Source: Spirochaetia bacterium (GTDB taxonomy: Bacteria > Spirochaetota > Spirochaetia > DSM-2461). From it: 64,000 bases of DNA. A program made the translations under genes and the position numbers. Location of the stretch: positions 2,208,001-2,272,000 of the forward strand of contig OY764216.1 in NCBI GenBank assembly GCA_963668315.1, read 5' to 3'. Shown here in pieces: positions 19,501 through 29,343 of this stretch (positions are counted from its first letter, which is position 1; each line of letters starts with the position of its first letter). Below the pieces are notes generated by a model. The model ran no database searches, was not told the origin of the DNA, and worked only from the letters and a program-made list of their open reading frames with translations.

Positions 19501-21383
19501 TTGAACTCCAGGAAAATAATCTGGTTCTCTTCCAGGGAGAGGCCGGGGCGGGGGAACTGGAAGACAACGCGCCCCTCGCCTTTGATATTGACGCCGGTTT
19601 TTCCGTCGGCGAAGAATTGAAGGGCCTCCCTTTTGGAAAGGCCGGTGAAATCGGGGATTACATCGCCCGGACTCAGAGAGACCGGAGGCTTGATTGTCAC
19701 ACGGCCGGAGGTTTCGTATACCTCGTTTCCTATAAGGGAAATGTGGTAATAGGGCGCCAGGTCCAGAGCAATCTCTTTGACCAGGGGCGAGCCGATGGTT
19801 CCTCCGTAGTAGATATCGCCCCGGGGATTATTCAAAACGATATAGACGATCAGCTGGGGATCGTCGGTGGGAAAAAGGGCCATGACGGATGCGGTAAACC
19901 GGTCGGGATAGTATTTTCCCGTCTCCGGATTGGTTATCTGCGCCGTTCCCGATTTCGCCGAGATGGGGAAATCGTCGATCCGGGCCCGACGGGTCGTTCC
20001 CACGGGGGAATCCACGATCCCCTGCATCATCCGGAGCATGGTTTTCGCCGTCTCGGGTGAGAGAACCTCACGAACCGGTTCACGGCCGTACTCCTTAATC
20101 AGTTCCCCGTCGGGCGATTCTATCTTCTTGATGATATGGGGCTTGAGAAGCATGCCCCCGTTGGCGAAGACCGTGGCCGCCGTAACCATCTGCAGGGCGG
20201 AGACACCCACCTCCTGACCGATGGAGATGGTCGGCTTGGACCGGAGAGACCACTGCTCCGGTTCCTTGAGAAGACCGTTCGATTCTCCCGGAAGGGGAAG
20301 GCCCGTGGACTTTCCGAATCCGAAATTGCGCAGCATGCCGTAGAACTGTTCGGTATCCACATTCTCCGAGGCATAGGCCGTTCCCACGTTGCTGGAATGG
20401 TTGAGGATTCCCTGGAGATCCAGAACGCCGTAATTGCCCAGATCCGTTATGGGCGCGATGTTATATTTCTGGAAATAGTCAGGATTGAATCCGCCCGTCG
20501 TGTCATAGGAGACATCGGGGGTGATCCCTCCCAGTTCGAGAAAGGAGGAGAGGGAGAAAATCTTAAATACCGAACCGGGCTCGTAGGCCATCTGGGCCAG
20601 CTGGTTTTTCCTCTGTTCCGCCGAATAGTCCTGAAAGTGGTTCGGGTCGAACTGGGGAAGGGACACGTAGGCGGCGATATTTCCTGTCTTGGCTTCCATG
20701 ACAACGGCCAGCAGATTATCCGGCTGATACTCTTCATAGGCCCTTTTGAGTATCGTTTCCACCCGGTGCTGCACGGTGATGTCCAGTGTGAGATAAACGC
20801 GGTTTCCGTAGGTGGGAGAGTCTTCCCCGATGATGGTGGGGGAGAGAACGTCATTCAGAGTGTACTCTATTCCGTCCAGCCCCACATTATCCGTTCCCAC
20901 GTAGCCGATGACCTGGGAACCAAGGGTTTTCTGGGGATAGTGCCGCCCCGGTTCCGGTTCGAGGCGGATACCCTTGAGCTTGCCCTGGGATATCAGGGAG
21001 CCGAGATCGCCCGATTCGGCCGGACTGACCTGCCTCTTGATCCATACGAAATTGCTGCCCCCGTCGGAAGTGAGAAGGCGGGTCAGCTCATCGCCGTCCA
21101 TGCTTAAAATGTCCGCCAGAATCCGGGCCGTTTCCTCCGGTTTTTCCAGCTCCGGCCTCCAGAGGGATACGGAATAAAGCTGGGTCTGAACGGCCAGAAG
21201 ATTCCCCTTGCTGTCCAGAATGGGACCGCGGGCCGCTTCGGGGAGAACAATGTCCGACCTCGTGGAAGGGCGTGACGGCGCCAGCATGATAAAAGCGTAA
21301 CGTGATACGATAGCCAGAGAGAAAAGGGAGATGAAGATGAAAAAGAGACGGAATCTTTTATTCCTGATTTCGGCGTTACTCAA
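19497..21383 (-). CDS. Class B penicillin-binding protein (FtsI-like) with PASTA domain
   Basis: RGPILD, EPGSVFK (SxxK), SSN, KSGTAQ, C-terminal PASTA. Confidence 0.92.
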   Translation of the reverse strand: MSNAEIRNKRFRLFFIFISLFSLAIVSRYAFIMLAPSRPSTRSDIVLPEAARGPILDSKGNLLAVQTQLYSVSLWRPELEKPEETARILADILSMDGDELTRLLTSDGGSNFVWIKRQVSPAESGDLGSLISQGKLKGIRLEPEPGRHYPQKTLGSQVIGYVGTDNVGLDGIEYTLNDVLSPTIIGEDSPTYGNRVYLTLDITVQHRVETILKRAYEEYQPDNLLAVVMEAKTGNIAAYVSLPQFDPNHFQDYSAEQRKNQLAQMAYEPGSVFKIFSLSSFLELGGITPDVSYDTTGGFNPDYFQKYNIAPITDLGNYGVLDLQGILNHSSNVGTAYASENVDTEQFYGMLRNFGFGKSTGLPLPGESNGLLKEPEQWSLRSKPTISIGQEVGVSALQMVTAATVFANGGMLLKPHIIKKIESPDGELIKEYGREPVREVLSPETAKTMLRMMQGIVDSPVGTTRRARIDDFPISAKSGTAQITNPETGKYYPDRFTASVMALFPTDDPQLIVYIVLNNPRGDIYYGGTIGSPLVKEIALDLAPYYHISLIGNEVYETSGRVTIKPPVSLSPGDVIPDFTGLSKREALQFFADGKTGVNIKGEGRVVFQFPRPGLSLEENQIIFLEFK

Positions 21384-21798
21384 TGACTCTCCCTTTTTTG
21401 CCCATTACTTTTCCCAGTATATCATTTATTTCTATAAAACCCCACTCCCGGGAGTCCTCGGAATGGAAAGAATTTTCCCCCAGAAGAAACACTGTTCCCT
21501 CCGGCACTTTTTCCGTTTGGCTGAGTCTCTCTCTCTGATCGGGCTGAAGAAACCAGCGCTTATTTCCGATGCGGAGATAGCGGTCTTCAAGGACAATCTC
21601 ATCTCCTTCGGTAAGATAGCAGCTTTTTACAGTCAGCCTTCCTTCGGGATCGGTGAAGACGACAACATCGCCCTTATGTATTCGGGATGTGCGGATGACC
21701 CAGAGGCGGTCTCCCTCCTTGAGGAGAGGTTCCATGGATATGTTTTCCACCTGAAAGAGAGAGACAAGGGAGATGTAAAGCAGCAACAGGGAACTCAT
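21376..21798 (-). CDS. lepB: Signal peptidase I (S26)
   Basis: SMEP, GDVVVF, VK, GEN...SEDSR.WG; start 21798 or 21861; the longer ORF-track extension is antisense to the next gene. Confidence 0.82.
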   Translation of the reverse strand: MSSLLLLYISLVSLFQVENISMEPLLKEGDRLWVIRTSRIHKGDVVVFTDPEGRLTVKSCYLTEGDEIVLEDRYLRIGNKRWFLQPDQRERLSQTEKVPEGTVFLLGENSFHSEDSREWGFIEINDILGKVMGKKGRVIE

Positions 21799-21846
21799 GA
21801 AAACTAATCTTAATATAGGGGCCGTGTTTTGTCGATATATTTCATA

Positions 21847-22797
21847 ATGGTAGTTTCGCATGAACGGCAGAAAATCGGTAAACGGGGTAGATCCGTCTCT
21901 TTTGAATGGAAGGGCTGTCCTTCGGCTTCCTTTTTCGGGACCCTGCTTTTTTTTATTCTCCTTGCTCTCGGCTTTCCCGGAGAGGATATGTTTATCCGGG
22001 ATATTGCGGTTGTGGATCCGGTTGTCGGAAATGTCCAGAAAGCCTCGGCATCCTTTCCCCTGACGGGCGGGACGGAACAGGAGCCTTCCGAACGTCAGCC
22101 GGTGGTTCCCTTTCTTCATTACACCGTGGAAAGGGGAGAAACCCTCTCCCCCATAGCTTCGAGGTACTCTCTGAGAGCCGAGACCCTTATCAGCCTGAAC
22201 CATTTGAGTGATCCCAGGGAAGTGACTCCCGGAAGAATCCTCTATATCCCTTCCCAGGACGGGGCCAGAAAAAGCCTGAAGGGGGAGATGACCGCGAAAG
22301 ATCTGGCTCTGACTTTCTCCCTTTCCGTAGACGATCTCATCCCTCTGGGCGGGGGGGATTATTTTCTGCCCGGAGTCGTTCCGGGGAAAGAGGAGATAGA
22401 AGGGTTCTGGAAGGATTTTTTCTCCTATCCCCTGAACAGTTCCGTTACCGGCGAATACGGTGAAAGCAGAGATGAGCTTACCGGCCTGACTCAGACCCGC
22501 AGCGGTCTGGATTTTCTGGCCTATGAGGGACAGCCTGTCCAGGCCATCGGCGAGGGAGTCGTCAGTAAAGAGGGCTTTCACGGGACCTACGGCTGGTACA
22601 TGATTGTGAACCATAGGGACGGTTTTCAATCACTTTATGCCCACCTTGATTCCTTCGAAGTAGGGGAAGGGGCATCGGTAGACCGGGGAGAGATTATCGG
22701 AAAAGCCGGGAACAGCGGTCATACTCCGGGAAATCTTCTCTTTTTCTCCCTTTTCAAGGGGGGGGAGACGGTGGATCCGGAGGATTATCTTTTCTGA
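21847..22797 (+). CDS. LysM + M23 (LytM) domain protein with degenerate zinc motifs
   Basis: YTVERGETL..IA LysM, YAHL, GNSG, VDP; start uncertain. Confidence 0.82.
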   Translation: MVVSHERQKIGKRGRSVSFEWKGCPSASFFGTLLFFILLALGFPGEDMFIRDIAVVDPVVGNVQKASASFPLTGGTEQEPSERQPVVPFLHYTVERGETLSPIASRYSLRAETLISLNHLSDPREVTPGRILYIPSQDGARKSLKGEMTAKDLALTFSLSVDDLIPLGGGDYFLPGVVPGKEEIEGFWKDFFSYPLNSSVTGEYGESRDELTGLTQTRSGLDFLAYEGQPVQAIGEGVVSKEGFHGTYGWYMIVNHRDGFQSLYAHLDSFEVGEGASVDRGEIIGKAGNSGHTPGNLLFFSLFKGGETVDPEDYLF

Positions 22798-22890
22798 AAA
22801 ATAATTTTAGAATTTATTCCTTACCGGCTCTCCGGGTATTCCTATTCTCAGGAAAAAGCAGTACTATCGTTCCACAATTTTAGTGGAAAT

Positions 22891-24264
22891 ATGACAAAAG
22901 ATTTAACAAAGGGGAAAACCCTCGGAATAATATTCAATTTTACTCTGCCCATTCTTTTCGGCATCCTTTTCCAGCAGGTTTATAATCTGGTGGATACGGT
23001 CATTGTCGGCAAGGGAATCGGAATTGAAGCCCTGGCCGCCGTGGGGTCCACGGGATCGGTATTTTTCCTGATCCTCGGTTTCTGCATCGGAACAACGGCG
23101 GGACTTTCCATTCCGGTCGCCCAAAGTTTCGGCGCCGGAGATTACAGAAAAATGAGGCGGTATATATTCAATTCCGCCTTGGTCACGATTGTAATCGCCC
23201 TTGTATTTACCACCCTGACGGTGATTTACTGCGAGCCCCTTCTCATTCTGATGCTGACTCCAGCCGATATTCTTGACCAGGCCGTCTCCTATGTCCGGAT
23301 TGTGTTTATGGGGATTCCCTTTCTGCTTCTTTTCAATCTGGTCTCCTCCGTCCTGCGTGCTGTGGGAGATACGAAAACTCCCCTCACTTTCCTGATCGTG
23401 TCTTCCATCCTGAATATATTTCTTGATCTGCTCCTCATCCTGGTTTTCCGACTCGGCGTAGCCGGAGCCGCTATTGCCACGGTGACCTCCCAGGGGGCGG
23501 CCGGTATTATCTGCCTTTTCTATCTGAAAAGGAAATTCCCGGCCATACTGCCGGAGAAGGAAGAGAGGAAAATCGATCTCCCCCTCATCGCCGATCTTCT
23601 GCGGTCGGGAGTTCCCATGGGACTGCAGTATTCGGTGACCGCCGTCGGATCGGTTCTGCTGCAGGTTTCGGTAAACACCCTGGGAACGGGGATTGTGGCG
23701 GCCATGGCGGCGGGAGTCAAAATCAATGTGTTTTTCTGCGCTCCCTTCGATGCCCTGGGTACCACAATGTCCACTTTTACCGGGCAGAACGTCGGAGCAA
23801 GGCGATGGAAGCGCCTTAAGAAGGGAATGCGGGACAGCATGATCATCGGATCGGTCTATTCCCTGGCCGCCTTTGTTTTTCTGGCTTTCTTCGGTAAGAC
23901 TCTGGGGCTTCTTTTTGTCGACTCAGGCGAGACCGCCATCCTCCAGAATATCCACTCCTTCCTTTTCTTCAACAGTATGTTCTTCATTCCCCTCACTGCG
24001 GTGAATGTGGTGCGCTTCATGATACAGGGAATGGGATTCGGTTCGATCGCCATCTTCTCGGGACTGTTCGAGATGATCGCCAGAACGGTCTTCGCTTTTT
24101 TCATCGTGCCGAAATGGGGTTACAGCGCCGTATGTTTCTCCTCTCCCACCGCCTGGATTCTGGCCGACCTTTTTCTCTTTCCCGCTTTCTTTTTCTGCCT
24201 GAAGTTACTGATAACCCGGGATAGAAAAAAGCGGGTCAGCCTGGAGCCTCTCTACTCGGCGTAA
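22891..24264 (+). CDS. MATE family efflux transporter
   Basis: DLTKG, QQVYNLVDT..VG, ALAAVG, GDTKTP, GQNVGA. Confidence 0.94.
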   Translation: MTKDLTKGKTLGIIFNFTLPILFGILFQQVYNLVDTVIVGKGIGIEALAAVGSTGSVFFLILGFCIGTTAGLSIPVAQSFGAGDYRKMRRYIFNSALVTIVIALVFTTLTVIYCEPLLILMLTPADILDQAVSYVRIVFMGIPFLLLFNLVSSVLRAVGDTKTPLTFLIVSSILNIFLDLLLILVFRLGVAGAAIATVTSQGAAGIICLFYLKRKFPAILPEKEERKIDLPLIADLLRSGVPMGLQYSVTAVGSVLLQVSVNTLGTGIVAAMAAGVKINVFFCAPFDALGTTMSTFTGQNVGARRWKRLKKGMRDSMIIGSVYSLAAFVFLAFFGKTLGLLFVDSGETAILQNIHSFLFFNSMFFIPLTAVNVVRFMIQGMGFGSIAIFSGLFEMIARTVFAFFIVPKWGYSAVCFSSPTAWILADLFLFPAFFFCLKLLITRDRKKRVSLEPLYSA

Positions 24265-24272
24265 GGGAGGGA

Positions 24273-25214
24273 TCAGGATCTCTTCCTGACCGGTTTCTTC
24301 AGATCGGAAAACTGAACAAGTGAGATTCCTTCCCTTTCCAGCCAATGGGGAAACTGGGAGGAGCAGACATTAAATAGTTCCAGTTCCCGGTAATGGTAGT
24401 ACTCCCGGTCGATGCCTTTGGGCGCTTCATCTATTCCCGACGAGGTGCCCAGATGAAAGACCCACTCCGTGGTGCCTTCGGGCTGGCAGTGGAGAAGATA
24501 GCGGAGGTTCTCCGGCGTCGGGTCGCCCCAGAAGGAATCCCCCAGATAATCGGGATGGGGCACTCCGTGTTCTTCCATCCTCTCCTGGTTGCGCTGCATT
24601 TCCCCCGTCATACCGTACTTCATGAATTTGACGGCCGAAAAGGTGTGTCTCAGGACCAGCTCCACGGCGGCTTTCCGCCCCTCGCCTGTAATGGGGCTTC
24701 CCCGGTATTCAGAAAGAAAGCGGCTCAGGGGCCTGGTACTTCTCATGGGGATACCCTTTTTCTCTCCCAGAGAAAGGAGAACAAGGAAAAGAGGCGTGTA
24801 TATCTGCATGATATTATGATGGCTCGAGAGATGCTTTACCCGAATCCCGTTCTCCTCCATCAGTCTCAGCTGAGCCGATGTTTCCAGGAGAACCTGGCGG
24901 TGATCGATAGATTTGATGCGGTGAATGAATTCCTGAAGATCGTAGAATTGCCCTCCGCTGTCGACCAGAGAGGGGATCTTCTCCCCAGGGGAGAGGGGGC
25001 TGCCCGCCGTAATGGAGGCGTGCAGCCCTAGGGAAATCCGGGGGTAGGCGTCTTGAAGCCTCTTGATATTCTCCATGGCGCCGGGAAAATTGACCATGGC
25101 GGCTACGCTGTTGATAACCCCCTCTTCAATGCCGCGTATCACCCCCCGGTTGATAAAGTCGGAAGCACCGAAATCATCCGCCGTCAGTATGGCAAAACGC
25201 TTGATCCTTTTCAT
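24273..25214 (-). CDS. ChbG/HpnK (YdjC) family carbohydrate deacetylase
   Basis: TADDFG, GLH, HLSSHH, E..FH.G. Confidence 0.85.
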   Translation of the reverse strand: MKRIKRFAILTADDFGASDFINRGVIRGIEEGVINSVAAMVNFPGAMENIKRLQDAYPRISLGLHASITAGSPLSPGEKIPSLVDSGGQFYDLQEFIHRIKSIDHRQVLLETSAQLRLMEENGIRVKHLSSHHNIMQIYTPLFLVLLSLGEKKGIPMRSTRPLSRFLSEYRGSPITGEGRKAAVELVLRHTFSAVKFMKYGMTGEMQRNQERMEEHGVPHPDYLGDSFWGDPTPENLRYLLHCQPEGTTEWVFHLGTSSGIDEAPKGIDREYYHYRELELFNVCSSQFPHWLEREGISLVQFSDLKKPVRKRS

Positions 25215-25246
25215 TTCCGTCCAATCCCCGGAGGACTCCTATGCGG

Positions 25247-28000
25247 TCAGGCCCCGCAGCATTTTTTGTATTTTTTCCCGCTGCCGCAGGGACACAGATC
25301 GTTTCGGCCGACTTTGGGCTCCGTCCGCTTGACCTGAACCTTCTGGGGACCTGCCTCGTTTCTCTCTCCGTTTTTTGGAGCCGGTCCCAGCCCGGCGCCC
25401 ATGGAGTTGTGCGAAGCGGTCATCCTTCTCGGAGCGTTATGCTGGGAACGGTCCGTATCTCTTCTGATGATAACGCGGAAAACCTTTCTGGCTATGGAAA
25501 TGCGCATATCGTCGATCATCTCTTCGAAAATGGCGAAGCCTTCGTTTTTATACTCCACGAGGGGGTTTTTCTGAGCGTAGGATCTCAGAGAGACGGCTTC
25601 ACGCAGGGCTTCCAGATTTTCCAGGTGCTCCTGCCATTTTTTATCAAGATTTCTCAGATACTCCGCTCTGATGAACCAGTTGAGCTGTTCGACACCGGCA
25701 AGACTCTTCTTTTCATCAAGATCCTTTTTCAGATAGGCCGTCAGATGATTTTTAAGTCCGTCCATATCGTCAAGGGAGTGGATTTCGTTCTGTTCCACAT
25801 CATAGTTGAAGTTCTCTTTGAGTCGGGTGTAGAGACGGGCCTGAGCCGCATCATCCCCCTCGTTCTTCTTATCCTTAACGCAGTCTTCCAGGAGAATGTC
25901 CAGAATCTCCAACCCCGTTTTCAGAACCTTCTCGGTCAGATCGGCACTGGTCAGCACCTCATCTCTCTGCTCGTAGATGAATGTTCTCTGCTTGTTGAGG
26001 ACGTCATCATAGTCAAGAAGATGCTTACGGATGTCGTAGTTTCTCTCTTCGACCTTTTTCTGGGCTCTCTCCAGGGAGTTGTTGATCATGTTATGCTGGA
26101 GAGGTTCGTCCCCTTCGAAGCCGAGCTTCTTCATGGTGGATTTAAACCGGTCTCCTCCGAAAAGACGCATGAGCGAATCGTCCAGGGAGATGAAAAACTG
26201 GGAATACCCCGGGTCTCCCTGACGTCCGGAACGGCCGCGGAGCTGGTTGTCGATTCGGCGTGATTCGTGTCTTTCCGATCCTATGACATAAAGGCCGCCC
26301 AGTTCCAGGACTTCCTTGTGGTCCTTCGACCACTGTTCCATCTCTATGGCAAGGGCTTTTTTATACTCTTCCTCTTCCGCATCGGTACCGGCCCTTCTCC
26401 AGGCGCGCATTTCCGGGTTGCCTCCCAGTTTGATGTCCGTACCACGTCCGGCCATGTTGGTGGCGATAGTTACCGCTCCCTTGGCACCCGCCTCGGCGAT
26501 GATATGGGCTTCGCGGCCATGGTTTTTGGCGTTGAGGACTTCATGGCGGACTCCCCGTTTCGTCAGAGACTTGGAGATCAGTTCCGATTTTTCAACCGAC
26601 ACGGTACCTACCAGAATGGGCTGTCCCTTGGCATGTACTTCCTGTATGGTGTCGCAGATCGCTTCGATCTTATACTGTTCGTTCAGGTAGATGACATCAT
26701 CCGCATCGATACGGTTCACCGGCCGGTTGGTGGGAATGACCACCACGTCGATATTGTAGATCTTGACGAATTCCTTGGCCTCCGTATCGGCCGTACCGGT
26801 CATTCCGGAGATTTTGTCGTACATACGGAAGAAATTCTGGAAGGTGATCGTGGCCAGAGTCTGATTTTTCCGGGCGACTTTGATGTTCTCCTTGGCCTCT
26901 ATGGCCTGGTGGAGACCGTCGGAATAGCGGCGGCCGGTCAGGACGCGTCCGGTGAACTCGTCGACAATCTGAACCTGTCCGTCCTGTATCACATAGTCCA
27001 CATCCAGATGGAAGAGCTCGTGGGCCTTCACCGCCTGGGTGACATAGTGGGTGAATTCAAAATTTTCCTCATCGAAGAGGGAACCGCTGATCAGGTTGTT
27101 TTTCTGAAGCAGCTCCTCTATATGGTTCATGCCTTCGTCGGTGAAAAGAACACGCTTGCTTTTTTCGTCGAGCTTGTAATCTCCCTTGGGCTGTTCTCCG
27201 GTGATGGGATTATCCGGGGGGTAGTCGTCCAGTGCGGGATCTTTTTCGCACTCCTTGAGACCTTTGACAATGCGGTTCACCTGGACAAACTTGCTGGTGT
27301 CCTCCTCAACGGGTCCCGATATGATAAGGGGAGTACGGGCTTCATCGATAAGAATCGAGTCTATTTCGTCAATGATCGCGTAGTGGTGGTTCTGCTGGGA
27401 CTTGAGTTTGATGTCCCAGCGCATATTGTCTCTGAGGTAATCAAATCCGAACTCGTTATTCGTACCGTAGGTAATATCCCGGGCGTACTCTTTTTTTCTC
27501 GTTTCCGGATCCATGTTGGAGAGTATGACTCCCACCGAAACGCCCAGAAATGTGTAGACCGGCTTCATCCAGCCCGCATCACGTTCGGCCAGATAGTCAT
27601 TCACCGTTACCATGTGAACACCCTTTCCCGTCAGGGAGTTCAGGTAGGCCGGGGCCACACTGGCGAGGGTTTTACCTTCACCGGTTTTCAATTCCATGAT
27701 TTTGCCCTGGTGAAGAACGATCCCACCCAGGAGCTGTACGTCGTAGGGCCGCTCGCCCAGTGTCCTCCGGGCGGCTTCCCTGACAAGGGCAAACGCTTCA
27801 GGAAGAAGATCATCGAGGCTCTCTCCTGCTGAAAGGCGTTTTTTAAAGTTTTCAGTCTGAACGGGGAAATCCTCATCCCCCAGAGACATGGCCCAAGACT
27901 CTTTCTCATTTATTTTGTGAAGAAGGGGAACCAGTAATTTCAGATCCCTTTCGTGCTTCGTTCCGACAATAGCTGTCACTAAACTGTTAACAAATCCCAT
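25247..28000 (-). CDS. secA: Preprotein translocase subunit SecA
   Basis: KTGEGKT, DEIDSILIDEARTPLIISG, GRSGRQGDPG, C-terminal CPCGSGKKYKKCC. Confidence 0.98.
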   Translation of the reverse strand: MGFVNSLVTAIVGTKHERDLKLLVPLLHKINEKESWAMSLGDEDFPVQTENFKKRLSAGESLDDLLPEAFALVREAARRTLGERPYDVQLLGGIVLHQGKIMELKTGEGKTLASVAPAYLNSLTGKGVHMVTVNDYLAERDAGWMKPVYTFLGVSVGVILSNMDPETRKKEYARDITYGTNNEFGFDYLRDNMRWDIKLKSQQNHHYAIIDEIDSILIDEARTPLIISGPVEEDTSKFVQVNRIVKGLKECEKDPALDDYPPDNPITGEQPKGDYKLDEKSKRVLFTDEGMNHIEELLQKNNLISGSLFDEENFEFTHYVTQAVKAHELFHLDVDYVIQDGQVQIVDEFTGRVLTGRRYSDGLHQAIEAKENIKVARKNQTLATITFQNFFRMYDKISGMTGTADTEAKEFVKIYNIDVVVIPTNRPVNRIDADDVIYLNEQYKIEAICDTIQEVHAKGQPILVGTVSVEKSELISKSLTKRGVRHEVLNAKNHGREAHIIAEAGAKGAVTIATNMAGRGTDIKLGGNPEMRAWRRAGTDAEEEEYKKALAIEMEQWSKDHKEVLELGGLYVIGSERHESRRIDNQLRGRSGRQGDPGYSQFFISLDDSLMRLFGGDRFKSTMKKLGFEGDEPLQHNMINNSLERAQKKVEERNYDIRKHLLDYDDVLNKQRTFIYEQRDEVLTSADLTEKVLKTGLEILDILLEDCVKDKKNEGDDAAQARLYTRLKENFNYDVEQNEIHSLDDMDGLKNHLTAYLKKDLDEKKSLAGVEQLNWFIRAEYLRNLDKKWQEHLENLEALREAVSLRSYAQKNPLVEYKNEGFAIFEEMIDDMRISIARKVFRVIIRRDTDRSQHNAPRRMTASHNSMGAGLGPAPKNGERNEAGPQKVQVKRTEPKVGRNDLCPCGSGKKYKKCCGA

Positions 28001-28057
28001 GGATAAGAATGTACTCCGAATGAGGGGAAAGGTCAAATGCTATTTATCGGGGCTTTT

Positions 28058-28525
28058 CTATTTCGTAAGGGATTTTACCAAATCTTTATAATCGGGAAAG
28101 TCCTTGAGCAATTCATCCCGGGAACAGGTCCGGTAGATTTCCGGTTCGAAAGGAGGCGCCATGACCGTGGAGAGCAGGGCCCAGCGGCCCCCTTCCGCCA
28201 GACGGGAACCCTGTATCTCATCCGCTTCGACCAGGCGGGTCAGAACTTCGCCGCCGGCCAGATCCTGTCCCAGCCGGGTTTTGGTAAATACCCCCGAGCC
28301 TGCTTCGGCCGTATAGAGCTCCACCGGGTCTCCCATGAGAAAATAGTACTGCTCCTGACTGGGCAGGATGTGAAATTCGGAGAAATCCTCCTTCCTGAGG
28401 AGATAGTAGATGGAGGAAATTTCTCCCGGTCTGTACCAGAAGCGCGCAAACCATCCGCCTTCGGGGACAAGAGGTTCCAGGGACAGTTTTTCAATAATCT
28501 CTTCCGCGGAGCAGAGCTTTTCCAT
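28058..28525 (-). CDS. Cupin-fold DUF985-like protein
   Basis: PEGGWF, SSIYYLL, FH, GDP, MAPPF. Confidence 0.85.
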   Translation of the reverse strand: MEKLCSAEEIIEKLSLEPLVPEGGWFARFWYRPGEISSIYYLLRKEDFSEFHILPSQEQYYFLMGDPVELYTAEAGSGVFTKTRLGQDLAGGEVLTRLVEADEIQGSRLAEGGRWALLSTVMAPPFEPEIYRTCSRDELLKDFPDYKDLVKSLTK

Positions 28526-28530
28526 CCGGC

Positions 28531-29343
28531 CTAGTCCGCCTTTGCCAGGACGGCTTTCAAAAGGGCGGTGAATTTATCCTTGACCATACGTCCCGCTTCC
28601 ATGACTTCCTCTTCCGTAATGGGCTGATCCAGGATTCCCGCGGCCATGTTGCTTATGCAGGAGATCCCCAGCACATCCATGCCGGCATGGGAGGCGGTGA
28701 TCACCTCGGGAACGGTGGACATACCCACCGCGTCGGCTCCCAGAACCCGGAGCATGCGTATCTCGGCGGGGGTTTCATAGCAGGGGCCGGTCATGAAGGC
28801 GTATACACCCTTTTTTAACCTCAGCCCCAGCCGTTCTCCCTCTTCTTCGGCATTGCGGATAAGGGAACGGGTATAGGCCCGGGACATGTCGGGAAAGCGG
28901 GGCCCGAACGCATCGTCATTCGGGCCGATGAGGGGGTGACCTTCGCCCATTTTTATATGATCCTCGATGATCATCAGGTCTCCCGGCTCATAGGAGGTGT
29001 TGACACCGCCCGCCGCGTTGGTGACGATCAGTCTCTCCACCCCCAGAAGCTTCATTACCCGGATGGGAAGTACCAGAGAATCCATGGGATAGCCTTCGTA
29101 GTAGTGGAAGCGGCCCTGCATAACGATAACGTCCTTCCCCTCCAGCCGGCCTATGACCAGGCGTCCTTTGTGGCCCGGAGCTGTGGACCGGGGGAAATGG
29201 GGTATCTCCCCATAGGGGAGGATGACGGGGTCTTCCACGGCTTCCGCCAGATCGTTAAGTCCGGATCCCAGTATCAGACCGGTACGGGGCGTCAGGGATA
29301 TCCGGCTTTGAATATAGTCGGCCGCTTCTCTGTAATTACTCAT
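28531..29343 (-). CDS. punA: Purine nucleoside phosphorylase (trimeric type)
   Basis: ILGSGL, QGRFHYYEGY, TNAAGG, GPCYET, VGMSTVPE. Confidence 0.95.
   Translation of the reverse strand: MSNYREAADYIQSRISLTPRTGLILGSGLNDLAEAVEDPVILPYGEIPHFPRSTAPGHKGRLVIGRLEGKDVIVMQGRFHYYEGYPMDSLVLPIRVMKLLGVERLIVTNAAGGVNTSYEPGDLMIIEDHIKMGEGHPLIGPNDDAFGPRFPDMSRAYTRSLIRNAEEEGERLGLRLKKGVYAFMTGPCYETPAEIRMLRVLGADAVGMSTVPEVITASHAGMDVLGISCISNMAAGILDQPITEEEVMEAGRMVKDKFTALLKAVLAKAD

Noticed and set aside
21799..22629. Long N-terminal extension of the signal peptidase ORF
   Set aside because: Antisense shadow of the LysM-M23 gene
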